Under the pieces are notes generated by a model. That model ran no database searches. It was not told the DNA's origin and saw only the letters and a program-made list of their open reading frames with translations. This document shows positions 40,263 through 48,284 of a stretch of 64,000 bases of DNA, piece by piece (position 1 is the first letter of the stretch; every line of letters starts with the position of its first letter). The stretch is from Clostridia bacterium (lineage in GTDB: Bacteria; Bacillota; Clostridia; UMGS1883; UMGS1540): NCBI GenBank assembly GCA_045531205.1, contig JAZSDN010000050.1:6407-70406 (forward strand), read 5' to 3'. Position numbers and translations under genes: made by a program.

Positions 40263-41147
40263 TTAATAATTCATATATTTTTTCAACATATTCTTTTCAA
40301 AATTCAACAGATATTTTGCTTCTTCGTCAATTCTTTTTTCCGAAATGGAATCAATTAAATTGCGGTATACATGTATATCCCTGCCTACTTCTCCTCCTTC
40401 CATAACAAACGGTTCTGAGACTATTCTACCTCTATAGTTTATATCGGCAAGAGCTTTAAATATCTCGTCCCAATCAAGATGTCCTCTTCCAGGTGCTGTA
40501 CGATTATTTTCACCTGTATGAAAACTTGTAAGTTTATCTCCCACAAGTCTTATTGCATCACCTATATTATTTTCTTCAATATTCATATGATATGTGTCAA
40601 GAAGCACACCAATATTTGGGCTATCTATTTCTTCTGTATACATAAGAGCTTCTGCTGCAGTGTTAATAAGACAAGTTTCAAAACGGTTAACAGCTTCAAC
40701 ACAGTATGTAACTCCATTATCTTCGGCAGTTTTGATAATTTCTTTCATACTTTTAATGCTTTGTTCCCAATATGGACGTTTATCCCCCTGATAATTATCT
40801 GGAGTCCCCCATCCTGCATAGCTTACACCAGACAGTAATGTGCCATTCATAAACCCTATTCTTTCAACTATTCTTTTTAAATAATCAACTCCGCCAAGTC
40901 TTATTTTTTCATTCAGAGAGGATACATCATAATTTCTGTCAAGGCCAAGGCTGTATGTTAGTTCAATATTATATTCTTCGGCTAACTTAACTAAATCTTT
41001 CATGTGTTCTTTACTCATTTCAAGCAAAGGTTGTGCCTGAAATTCAAGAACATCAAACCCTATCTCGGATGCCTTTTTTATATATTTTTTATGGTCAGCA
41101 TCCCAGTTTTTCTCCCAAAAATTCATAAAAATACCAAACTTATTCAT
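40263..41147 (-). CDS. Ketose 3-epimerase (D-psicose/D-tagatose 3-epimerase family, xylose-isomerase-like TIM barrel)
   Basis: 294 aa. N-terminus MNKFGIFMNFWEKNWDADHKKYIKKASEIGFDVLEF parallels the DTE/DPE family N-terminus (…GIYYxYWExxWxxDxxxYIxKxxxLGFDxLE…). ...VEAVNRFE..., ...LLDTYHMNIEE... and ...VSEPF... metal-ligand regions are present. Confidence 0.8.
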   Translation of the reverse strand: MNKFGIFMNFWEKNWDADHKKYIKKASEIGFDVLEFQAQPLLEMSKEHMKDLVKLAEEYNIELTYSLGLDRNYDVSSLNEKIRLGGVDYLKRIVERIGFMNGTLLSGVSYAGWGTPDNYQGDKRPYWEQSIKSMKEIIKTAEDNGVTYCVEAVNRFETCLINTAAEALMYTEEIDSPNIGVLLDTYHMNIEENNIGDAIRLVGDKLTSFHTGENNRTAPGRGHLDWDEIFKALADINYRGRIVSEPFVMEGGEVGRDIHVYRNLIDSISEKRIDEEAKYLLNFEKNMLKKYMNY

Positions 41148-41163
41148 TTTATCTTACTCCTTA

Positions 41164-42564
41164 TTATAAAACATCTATATCGTATCCAAGATATTTCACA
41201 AGCGCTTCCTTCACACATTCTGACCATTCTCCTTTTGCAATGGCAACATGGTGTTTGTATCCGTTTTCGCACATATACTTAAATACATTTTTAAGATTAT
41301 CTTTTTCAAAAACAATACCTGTTCCAAAAAACTCTTTGTCAAACTTATCTTCTGTCAATGTGCCATTAGTTGTAAATCCATAAAGTTTTCCATTTTCGGT
41401 TTTAATGCTTGCAACTGTAACCTTTCCTGATTTTATTTTTCCGTTAAGAATTCCAACTCCGGTTCCTTCTCCGTAAGATTTTTTAAACATAAGATGTTCA
41501 TTTATAAAAGTATCATTTTCAAAGAATGAATTTGGAACTGCCGAGCAATGAAACATAATGACTTTATTTTCTTCATTTCCGTAATTATTGTTTACATCCA
41601 AAAGCATAACAGGATGATTTGAGGCTAAAGTTAACGCATACATCATAACAGCATTGTTAACATCAAGTTCACATGCGGCAGGTATTCCTTTTTCATTCAT
41701 ATCACTCAAAATAAGACAAGGTGCTATATTATACTGTGTAACAAATTCGTCCCAGCATCTTACTGCCATAGCATCAAGAGAATAGTCCTTAACCAATTTA
41801 TCTACTGCTACACCAAGCTTTGCAATATTTGTAAGCTTTTCTTCAGAATAACTTCCAAAAGATGTAACAGAAGAATAATATCTTTTTTTCTCATCTAATT
41901 CGGTTTTGTCAACTCTTTCCATTAAATCAAATATATACGATAAATCTATTGATTCAACATTTATATTTTTGTTTTGCAATGCCACTTCATCTGTACGTAC
42001 AGTTTTAAAAGCAGTTGTTCTAGCTCCTAACGTTCCAATGTTAACATTTCTCATTCCTTTAACAATTCTGCATATTGCAGCAAAGTTTTTTAAGTCTTTT
42101 GCAAAAGCTTCATCAAGAGGTGAAACTGCCATTTTTTCTGTTAAAGTGAATTTAATATTGCATTGACGCAAAAGATTACACATAGCAAATTTTCCGCACA
42201 CAGCATCTCTTCTTTGTGAAAAATCCATCTTCCCTATTTCGTCAGGATATGCTTGAACTAAAATTGGTACACTTACATTTTTAAATGCTTCTGCCGCACC
42301 ATTTTCATCCGAAAAGTTCGGCATACATAAAATTATACCGTCAAACCTTCCCTTGTTATTTTCTAAAAAATCTTTGAACAAACGTCCTTCTTCTCTTGTT
42401 TCTACCGCACCGTATCTTGTTAAATTTTTATCCATACAAATATAACTAAAACCATTATCGACTACAGCTTTTATCATTTCTTCTCTGGCTTTCGCTATAA
42501 CTTCTCCTGGAAAAAAACCTCTGTTTCCAAAAAATAATGCGAATGTAATTTCTATTTTCCTCAA
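41164..42564 (-). CDS. L-fucose/L-arabinose isomerase family protein (COG2407-type, substrate unknown)
   Basis: 466 aa. Family-typical features (...GARTTAFKTVR..., ...ACELDVNNAVMM..., ...MFHCSAVP...). Forms an operon with the epimerase. Confidence 0.72.
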   Translation of the reverse strand: MRKIEITFALFFGNRGFFPGEVIAKAREEMIKAVVDNGFSYICMDKNLTRYGAVETREEGRLFKDFLENNKGRFDGIILCMPNFSDENGAAEAFKNVSVPILVQAYPDEIGKMDFSQRRDAVCGKFAMCNLLRQCNIKFTLTEKMAVSPLDEAFAKDLKNFAAICRIVKGMRNVNIGTLGARTTAFKTVRTDEVALQNKNINVESIDLSYIFDLMERVDKTELDEKKRYYSSVTSFGSYSEEKLTNIAKLGVAVDKLVKDYSLDAMAVRCWDEFVTQYNIAPCLILSDMNEKGIPAACELDVNNAVMMYALTLASNHPVMLLDVNNNYGNEENKVIMFHCSAVPNSFFENDTFINEHLMFKKSYGEGTGVGILNGKIKSGKVTVASIKTENGKLYGFTTNGTLTEDKFDKEFFGTGIVFEKDNLKNVFKYMCENGYKHHVAIAKGEWSECVKEALVKYLGYDIDVL

Positions 42565-42602
42565 ATTTCTCCCTCCTTTTTATATATCTTACATTGCCTT
42601 TT

Positions 42603-42618
42603 TCACTATTTATAGTGA
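42603..42618. promoter_or_regulatory. Perfect 16-bp palindrome in the divergent promoter region
   Basis: TCACTATTTATAGTGA (7-bp arms, 2-bp centre), between the isomerase operon start (42564) and the PocR-AraC gene start (42717). Confidence 0.3.
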
Positions 42619-42716
42619 CTTTCTTGTTAAAAATAAGCACTATCTTACTTTTTTATTTTGCTAATATTGATTTTATTTGTTTTATTGTGTTAATATAAAA
42701 ACAAGGAGTGATATAT

Positions 42717-43565
42717 ATGATCTATAGTTTTGATAAAATAAAACTGCATAATATGTTTAAAGATTTTTACACTCTTTTAAAAATAACAATAAGTATTTGG
42801 GACTCGGATTTTAATCAGTTACTTTTTTATCCAAATCCCATGCCTTCAATATGTGCAAAAATAAAATCGTCGCCAACAGGCAAACAAAAATGTCTGGAAT
42901 CTGATATAAACGCCTGCAAAAAAGCTGCTTTAATAAAAAAACCTTATACCTTTACATGTCATGCAGGTCTTGTTGATACTGCTTTTCCGATTTATTATAA
43001 CGACGAAATAATTGCCTACATTATGTTTGGACAACTGCGCGATGTAGAAAATAAATTATCTACCATAGAAAATGTAAAAATTTTATGTAAGAAATATGGT
43101 TTAGATGAAAAAAGTATAGATAAATATTATAATGATTTACCGTTGCTTAATCATAATCAAATAAATGCCATTATACATCTATTTGAAATGTGTATTCCTT
43201 ATTTTTACACAAGTGAAGCGATAAAATTTGAAGAAAATATGCTTGCTTCAGAAATAGATAACTATATATCGCAAAACCTTTCTTCCTCTTTATCTCTTGA
43301 ACAATTAACTAAAAAATTTATGATTTCGACAAACGAATTATATCAGATATCACACAAATTTTTTGGCACTTCAATAAAAGACTATATAATTCAAAAAAGA
43401 ATTATCAAAGCGAAACACTATCTTGCAACAACTAATTTACCTGTTTCTGAAATAAGTATTAAAATTGGATATAATGATTACAACTATTTTATCCGCACCT
43501 TTAAAAATCGAACAGGGTACACTCCGCTTTCATACAGAAAAAATTTTCCGCTTAACACTTTGTAA
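42717..43565 (+). CDS. AraC family transcriptional regulator with an N-terminal PocR sensory domain
   Basis: The track ORF starts at the GTG at 42708. The ATG at 42717 has AAGGAG 8 nt upstream. PocR-like Cys pattern (...PSICAKIKSSPTGKQKCLESDINACKKA...TFTCHAGL...) and a C-terminal HTH_AraC (...IGYNDYNYFIRTFKNRTGYTPLSYRK). Confidence 0.85.
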   Translation: MIYSFDKIKLHNMFKDFYTLLKITISIWDSDFNQLLFYPNPMPSICAKIKSSPTGKQKCLESDINACKKAALIKKPYTFTCHAGLVDTAFPIYYNDEIIAYIMFGQLRDVENKLSTIENVKILCKKYGLDEKSIDKYYNDLPLLNHNQINAIIHLFEMCIPYFYTSEAIKFEENMLASEIDNYISQNLSSSLSLEQLTKKFMISTNELYQISHKFFGTSIKDYIIQKRIIKAKHYLATTNLPVSEISIKIGYNDYNYFIRTFKNRTGYTPLSYRKNFPLNTL

Positions 43566-43572
43566 AACATAT

Positions 43573-43605
43573 AAAAACTCACCTATATTTTGTAGGTGAG
43601 TTTTT
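43573..43605. terminator. Bidirectional terminator between convergent regulator and activase genes
   Basis: AAAAACTCACCTA-TATTTTG-TAGGTGAGTTTTT. Confidence 0.7.
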
Positions 43606-43664
43606 AATCTTTATACATAATAACATTTTATCTTACTTTTCTATATATGTAATAAGACAACAGG

Positions 43665-44573
43665 TTAAACAAAATAGCAGCTTATATTGCATTTTTCATT
43701 AAGTATTGAACAGATTTTTTTCATTTCGCCATCTGTTTGTGAGCTGTCTGCGAATTTCGTGTATTCTTTTCCTGCAATCTTATATTTTGACTCAGCAAGA
43801 TTGTTGTATTTTAATAATTCAATCTCTTTTATTCCTTTTCCGAAGGTTTTTATGATTTCAGCAAAGGCATAAATATCATCATCAGAATCATTCACTCCGG
43901 GTATTACAGGAATTCGTAAAATGATATTACTGTGTTTGTTTGATAATTTAGTGATATTTTCGATTATCAGTCTGTTGTCCTGCCCTGTAAATTTGCGATG
44001 TTTTTCGGAATTTGGAATTTTCAAATCAGCAAAGAACAAGTCTACAAAGGGTAACACCTCTTCAACCTTTTCCCAAGGAACGAAAAAAGCACTTTCAATT
44101 GCTGTGTGAATCCCATGTTCTTTACACATTCTTGTAACTTCTGCCACAAAGTCTGAATACAACAAACACTCTCCGCCCGAAAAGGTTACTCCTCCGCCTG
44201 AGGAAATATAATAGTGAGCGTCTTTTTTAATTTCTTCAAAAAGTTCCGGAGCAGTCTTTTCCTCACCACACAGGCTAAGTGCAAGCGAAGGACAGCTTAC
44301 CGCGCATTTGCCGCAAGCTGCGCAACCTTCGCGCAGAAAAGCCATATCATTTCCCAGTATTTTATGATGTTGTGGACAAAGCTCAATACATTTACCGCAA
44401 TGAATACATTTTGTAGGTATGTAAAGAATTTGCTTTTTTGAAGACAATGTTTCCGGATTATGACACCATTTGCATCTAAGGGCGCATCCTTTGAAATATA
44501 CAACTGTTCTGACGCCCGGTCCATCATGCAAAGAACCTCTTGATATATTTGTAATTGTTGCACTTACAGACAT
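43665..44573 (-). CDS. Glycyl-radical enzyme activating protein (radical SAM) with a two-ferredoxin-motif insert
   Basis: 302 aa. Radical SAM CALRCKWCHNPE, plus CIHCGKCIELCP and CAACGKCAVSCP. The start overlaps the stop of the upstream GRE by 10 nt. Confidence 0.92.
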   Translation of the reverse strand: MSVSATITNISRGSLHDGPGVRTVVYFKGCALRCKWCHNPETLSSKKQILYIPTKCIHCGKCIELCPQHHKILGNDMAFLREGCAACGKCAVSCPSLALSLCGEEKTAPELFEEIKKDAHYYISSGGGVTFSGGECLLYSDFVAEVTRMCKEHGIHTAIESAFFVPWEKVEEVLPFVDLFFADLKIPNSEKHRKFTGQDNRLIIENITKLSNKHSNIILRIPVIPGVNDSDDDIYAFAEIIKTFGKGIKEIELLKYNNLAESKYKIAGKEYTKFADSSQTDGEMKKICSILNEKCNISCYFV

Positions 44574-47200
44574 GAATGCTTTGTCCTTCCGATAATATGA
44601 TTCTGAAGTTCAGGAGAAAGCAGGTTAAATTTTTGACTGAATCCAGAAACTCTTACTGCAAGGTTATTATATTTTTCCGGATATTTTTGTGCATCAATAA
44701 GAGTGTCTGCATCAATGGTATTAAACTGTACATTTTCCAGACCTTTTTCGCTGCTTGCAATTAAAATATCCGCAAGCATGGGTATATTTTTGTCAGTAAA
44801 CAATTTTGGATCAACTTCAACAATTGCCGAAGTTGTACCCGGAGTGCGTTTGGTTGGCAGTTTAGCAATTGAGTTAAGCAAAGCTGTTAAGCCGTTAAAA
44901 TCACGTCCCTGCATTGGAGAAACACTATAAGCTATAATTTCGCCTTTGCGTCTTCCGTCAGGAGTTGCGGCACTTTCTCGTCCGTAGTCAACCATCCAAA
45001 GGAATGTAAATGGTTGTGCATGGAATGAAAGTCCGTATTTTTCAGACAATTCTTCAAGATAATCGCAAGCAGTATTTACTATATCAACCGCAATTGAGTC
45101 TACACTTTCAATATCATTACCAAATTTTGCAGCTTTATTTATAAATTCAAGCCTTATACTTTCATCCGGAAAATTGTTAACTAATATATCTTTTAATTCT
45201 TCAAGTGTATATTTTTGTTGTATGTACACAAATTCACGAATAACCTCAAGTGAGTCGGCAAGGTTTGGTATTCCGCCAAGCATAATTTGGTAATAATCAT
45301 ACTTCGCTCCTGCATCATTAAAGTCTTTTCCTGTTTCAATACAACCGTCTGTCAGTAACGACTTGTAAGGTCTTGGGCTGTTGATAACAGAACAATCCCT
45401 GTGTTTTTTTACAGAAGAACAGGTCAAATCAAGAATATGATAAATTTGTTTTTTGACCGAATCATAAAACTTGTTATAGGTGTCAAACGAATTAAGCTCA
45501 CCGGTTTTTACACCTGTGTTAAAATCAGGATACATCATACTGCTGCCGTTACATAGCACATACTCAACTGCTTTAAGCAAATTGGTTTCTCCTGTTACGG
45601 CATGAGGATTGGATTTTCCCGGTATAACAGTTTCAACACATCCAATTTGAGTGTAGTCGCAGGCATCCTCATAAGATATTCCTTTGCTTGTAAGTGCAGG
45701 AATCATTACATCATCATTAAAGAAGAACGGAACACCTTTCTGGACATGACCTACCACCTCAAGGGCACGTTTTATAAATTCCTTTTCCGTATTTTTTGAG
45801 TAACGCACTGACATGCAACGTATAAAATCAAGCTGTTCGGTAGCATCGAGCATCATATAAGAAAGTTCATTGACCTGACTGCTTCCATCGGGAGAAGTCC
45901 CGCCGACACACGACTGCTGAACATCGTAATTTAAGTATAGTTTAATCCACAAGCAGCATATCAGTTCAAAAGCATCTTCTTTTGTCAAAATGCCTTTTTC
46001 AATATCCGCTTTGTAATATGGATAAAGTATCTGATCAAGTCTGCCGAGTGAATTTGCGTTTATATGGTCCTCCCATGTGTTGATGATATGCGCAAACCAT
46101 AAAGACTGTACTGCTTCTCTGAAGTTTGAAGCAGGATTTTCGGGAACATTTTCACACGCACTTATAATATAATCCAAATCCTTTTCAAGATAAAGTTCGT
46201 CACCAGATTCTTTAATTCTTTGAGCTTCTTTTGCATATTTTTTGCCCATTTCACAAGCTGCTACGCAAATACTTTTCATTGAAGAATAAAGCGGATTTGT
46301 TCCGTTTTTCTTTTCGTGCGCTATAACTTCGTCAAGCAGGCCTTTAAACCCAAGCTTCAATACTTTTTCATAGTTTATTACACTGTGATTAGAGTCGGTA
46401 CATCTTCCTATTGCAGCCCATTCTCCGCACGAATCCTGCTCGTCTTTTGTAAGAATCGGCGATACATATTCAAGAAAATTAGGCTCTTGTTTAGTCAGCT
46501 CAAAGTATTTTTCCAAATCGCTATCACTGATACCATTTAATTTGGCTAACCTGCGATTTTCTTCCGTGTCATCAGGTGAAAACCATTCATCGTATTTAGA
46601 GTCAGGAAAATTAAAACCAACAATTAGTTCTCCAGGAATAATTACAGGAGTAAATTTATCTAAAACATTAATAGCTCTTGCCGCGCTGATTTCTGTATTC
46701 GAAAGATTCTTTTTTGCTGCTTCAGCCATCCCAATATAAGAGTAAACTTTATTTTGCATACAATAATAATCTTCATAGTCGTTTGTGCCAACAACTAAGC
46801 GACGCAAAGCTTCACATCTGTCAGTCAGAGAATACATAGTAATTCTTTTCCTTTCATAATAAAATTGAGTTTCTTTTGCTTGCTTTTTATATTCTCTGGG
46901 CAAGCAACCGAATTCTGCCAAAAAGGCTTTGTTGAACCCGCCTAACGTTTCATATCCATAAGCTATTGCTACATCGGTTATTTTTTTGCCAGAGATTATA
47001 TCAATTGCAGCCAATTGGAGACGGTAATGTCGAACATATTTTACAAAAGACTTTCCGGTATATTTATGAAATTTCGAGCAAAAATGCCATTTAGAATACC
47101 CAAACTGATTTGCAACATCTGATAGGTCTAAACGCTTCTCGATATTATTATGAATATACTTTAAAACTTCATACACAACACCATCTCCTTTCATTTTCAT
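44564..47200 (-). CDS. Fusion protein: N-terminal AraC-type HTH DNA-binding domain plus a full glycyl radical enzyme (C-x-E thiyl-loop class)
   Basis: One uninterrupted 878-codon ORF. Residues about 10-110 are HTH_AraC (…LSDVANQFGYSKWHFCSKFHKYTGKSFVKYVRHYRL…ITDVAIAYGYETLGGFNKAFLAEFGCLPREYKK). From M122 there is a GRE core with IGCVETVIPGK and C-terminal RVSGFSQKFNLLSPELQNHIIGRTKH. The exact start is uncertain (ATG at 47200, or GTG at 47176 after AAAGGAG). Confidence 0.88.
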   Translation of the reverse strand: MKMKGDGVVYEVLKYIHNNIEKRLDLSDVANQFGYSKWHFCSKFHKYTGKSFVKYVRHYRLQLAAIDIISGKKITDVAIAYGYETLGGFNKAFLAEFGCLPREYKKQAKETQFYYERKRITMYSLTDRCEALRRLVVGTNDYEDYYCMQNKVYSYIGMAEAAKKNLSNTEISAARAINVLDKFTPVIIPGELIVGFNFPDSKYDEWFSPDDTEENRRLAKLNGISDSDLEKYFELTKQEPNFLEYVSPILTKDEQDSCGEWAAIGRCTDSNHSVINYEKVLKLGFKGLLDEVIAHEKKNGTNPLYSSMKSICVAACEMGKKYAKEAQRIKESGDELYLEKDLDYIISACENVPENPASNFREAVQSLWFAHIINTWEDHINANSLGRLDQILYPYYKADIEKGILTKEDAFELICCLWIKLYLNYDVQQSCVGGTSPDGSSQVNELSYMMLDATEQLDFIRCMSVRYSKNTEKEFIKRALEVVGHVQKGVPFFFNDDVMIPALTSKGISYEDACDYTQIGCVETVIPGKSNPHAVTGETNLLKAVEYVLCNGSSMMYPDFNTGVKTGELNSFDTYNKFYDSVKKQIYHILDLTCSSVKKHRDCSVINSPRPYKSLLTDGCIETGKDFNDAGAKYDYYQIMLGGIPNLADSLEVIREFVYIQQKYTLEELKDILVNNFPDESIRLEFINKAAKFGNDIESVDSIAVDIVNTACDYLEELSEKYGLSFHAQPFTFLWMVDYGRESAATPDGRRKGEIIAYSVSPMQGRDFNGLTALLNSIAKLPTKRTPGTTSAIVEVDPKLFTDKNIPMLADILIASSEKGLENVQFNTIDADTLIDAQKYPEKYNNLAVRVSGFSQKFNLLSPELQNHIIGRTKHSCL

Positions 47201-47254
47201 TATAGCAAAACCTAAATAATATTTCTACTCCAAAATTGTGTTTTTCAAAATGTT

Positions 47255-47286
47255 AAAAATGCTCGCCTGAAACAACAGACGAGCAT
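47255..47286 (-). terminator. Terminator hairpin belonging to the spoIVB 3' remnant
   Basis: The minus strand reads ATGCTCGTCTG-TTGTTT-CAGGCGAGCAT followed by TTTTTAA. This is an 11-bp stem with one G-U pair, in the same position relative to the remnant stop codon as the terminator of the intact spoIVB. Confidence 0.55.
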
Positions 47287-47291
47287 TCATC

Positions 47292-47417
47292 TTAATTTTT
47301 CTCTGATTCTGCTAACATATTTTCAATAAATATTCCATACCCACGCGTGGGATCGTTTACGAATACGTGAGTGACTGCACCGATGAGCTTGCTATTTTGG
47401 ACAATGGGGCTGCCCGA
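47292..47417 (-). pseudogene. Remnant of a spoIVB 3' end (last 41 codons plus stop), orphaned
   Basis: Minus-strand translation is [41 protein letters not shown], against intact SpoIVB ...[42 protein letters not shown] at 51115-51243. Homology stops abruptly upstream of the SGSP codons, and there is no start codon or N-terminal part. Confidence 0.8.
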
Positions 47418-47448
47418 TAGGTGTGATGTCAATATGGGACAACAAATT

Positions 47449-48282
47449 CTACGCTTTTTTAACTAATATATTTGTTTTTGCTCTGATATAATTAATTATT
47501 TCATTAATCTGTTCATCAGTTTGCATTGAAATTTCAAGCGGTTGTTTTCCTAATGCCAAGTACTTATTTTCGCCAAAAGCGTGATAAGGCTCTATTTCAA
47601 TCCCTATGATTGATGTAAGTGTATTTGCAAGTTCGCATATTTTGTCATAGTTTTCTTTTCTGTCATTATAGCCGGGAATTACAGGACAACGGAGAATAAT
47701 ATCTTTTTTTAACTCATTTAATAAATATAAGTTTTTCTTTATTAAAATATTGTCCACTCCTGTATAGGTCTTATGTAATTCAGGATTACTTTCCTTGAAA
47801 TCAAACAAAAACAAATCGGTGTATTCTGCAATTTGTTTTATTTTATCGCTATCGGCAAAGCCACAGGTTTCTATAGCAGTGTGCAGGTCATTTTCTTTAG
47901 CTTTTTTTAAAATGTCCAATGCAAACTCAAACTGAAACAACGGCTCACCACCCGAAAGTGTAATTCCGCCACCGGAATTTTTATAAAATTCATAGTCTTT
48001 CATAACTTCGTCAATAACATAATCTGACAATACTGTTTTTCCGCAGATTTCCTTCGCATTATTAAAACATATAAAATCCGAATTGTCAGCTGTTAAGTTT
48101 CGACATCTTCCACAGCCCGAACATTTATCCGGATAAAACATGATTTGTTTTTCTTGCGTCTGACTTTCAGGATTATGACACCATTCACAACGCAAAGGAC
48201 AGCCTTTGAAAAAAACAGTTGTGCGTATTCCCGGACCATCATTAACACAAAATTTTTGAATGTTAAATATTTCACCGGTCAT
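47449..48282 (-). CDS. Glycyl-radical enzyme activating protein (radical SAM), reduced auxiliary-cluster insert
   Basis: 277 aa. [12 protein letters not shown] radical SAM motif and only one CxxCxxC (CSGCGRC) in the insert region. Starts 2 nt after the GRE stop. Confidence 0.9.
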   Translation of the reverse strand: MTGEIFNIQKFCVNDGPGIRTTVFFKGCPLRCEWCHNPESQTQEKQIMFYPDKCSGCGRCRNLTADNSDFICFNNAKEICGKTVLSDYVIDEVMKDYEFYKNSGGGITLSGGEPLFQFEFALDILKKAKENDLHTAIETCGFADSDKIKQIAEYTDLFLFDFKESNPELHKTYTGVDNILIKKNLYLLNELKKDIILRCPVIPGYNDRKENYDKICELANTLTSIIGIEIEPYHAFGENKYLALGKQPLEISMQTDEQINEIINYIRAKTNILVKKA

Positions 48283-48284
48283 TT

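Noticed and set aside
44297-44563. An 88-aa minus-strand ORF nested in an alternative frame of activase 1, and a 60-aa ORF at 48093-48275 nested in activase 2.
   Set aside because: These are out-of-frame overlaps within strongly supported radical SAM genes. They have no SD and an implausible composition.
47176-47200. Whether the HTH-GRE fusion could be an artefact of choosing too long an ORF, with the HTH part being untranslated leader.
   Set aside because: The AraC-like sequence is in frame, full length (both HTH units) and begins right after a good SD-start combination. Random upstream sequence would not encode about 100 residues of a recognisable domain. I kept it as a real fusion, with the exact start codon left open.
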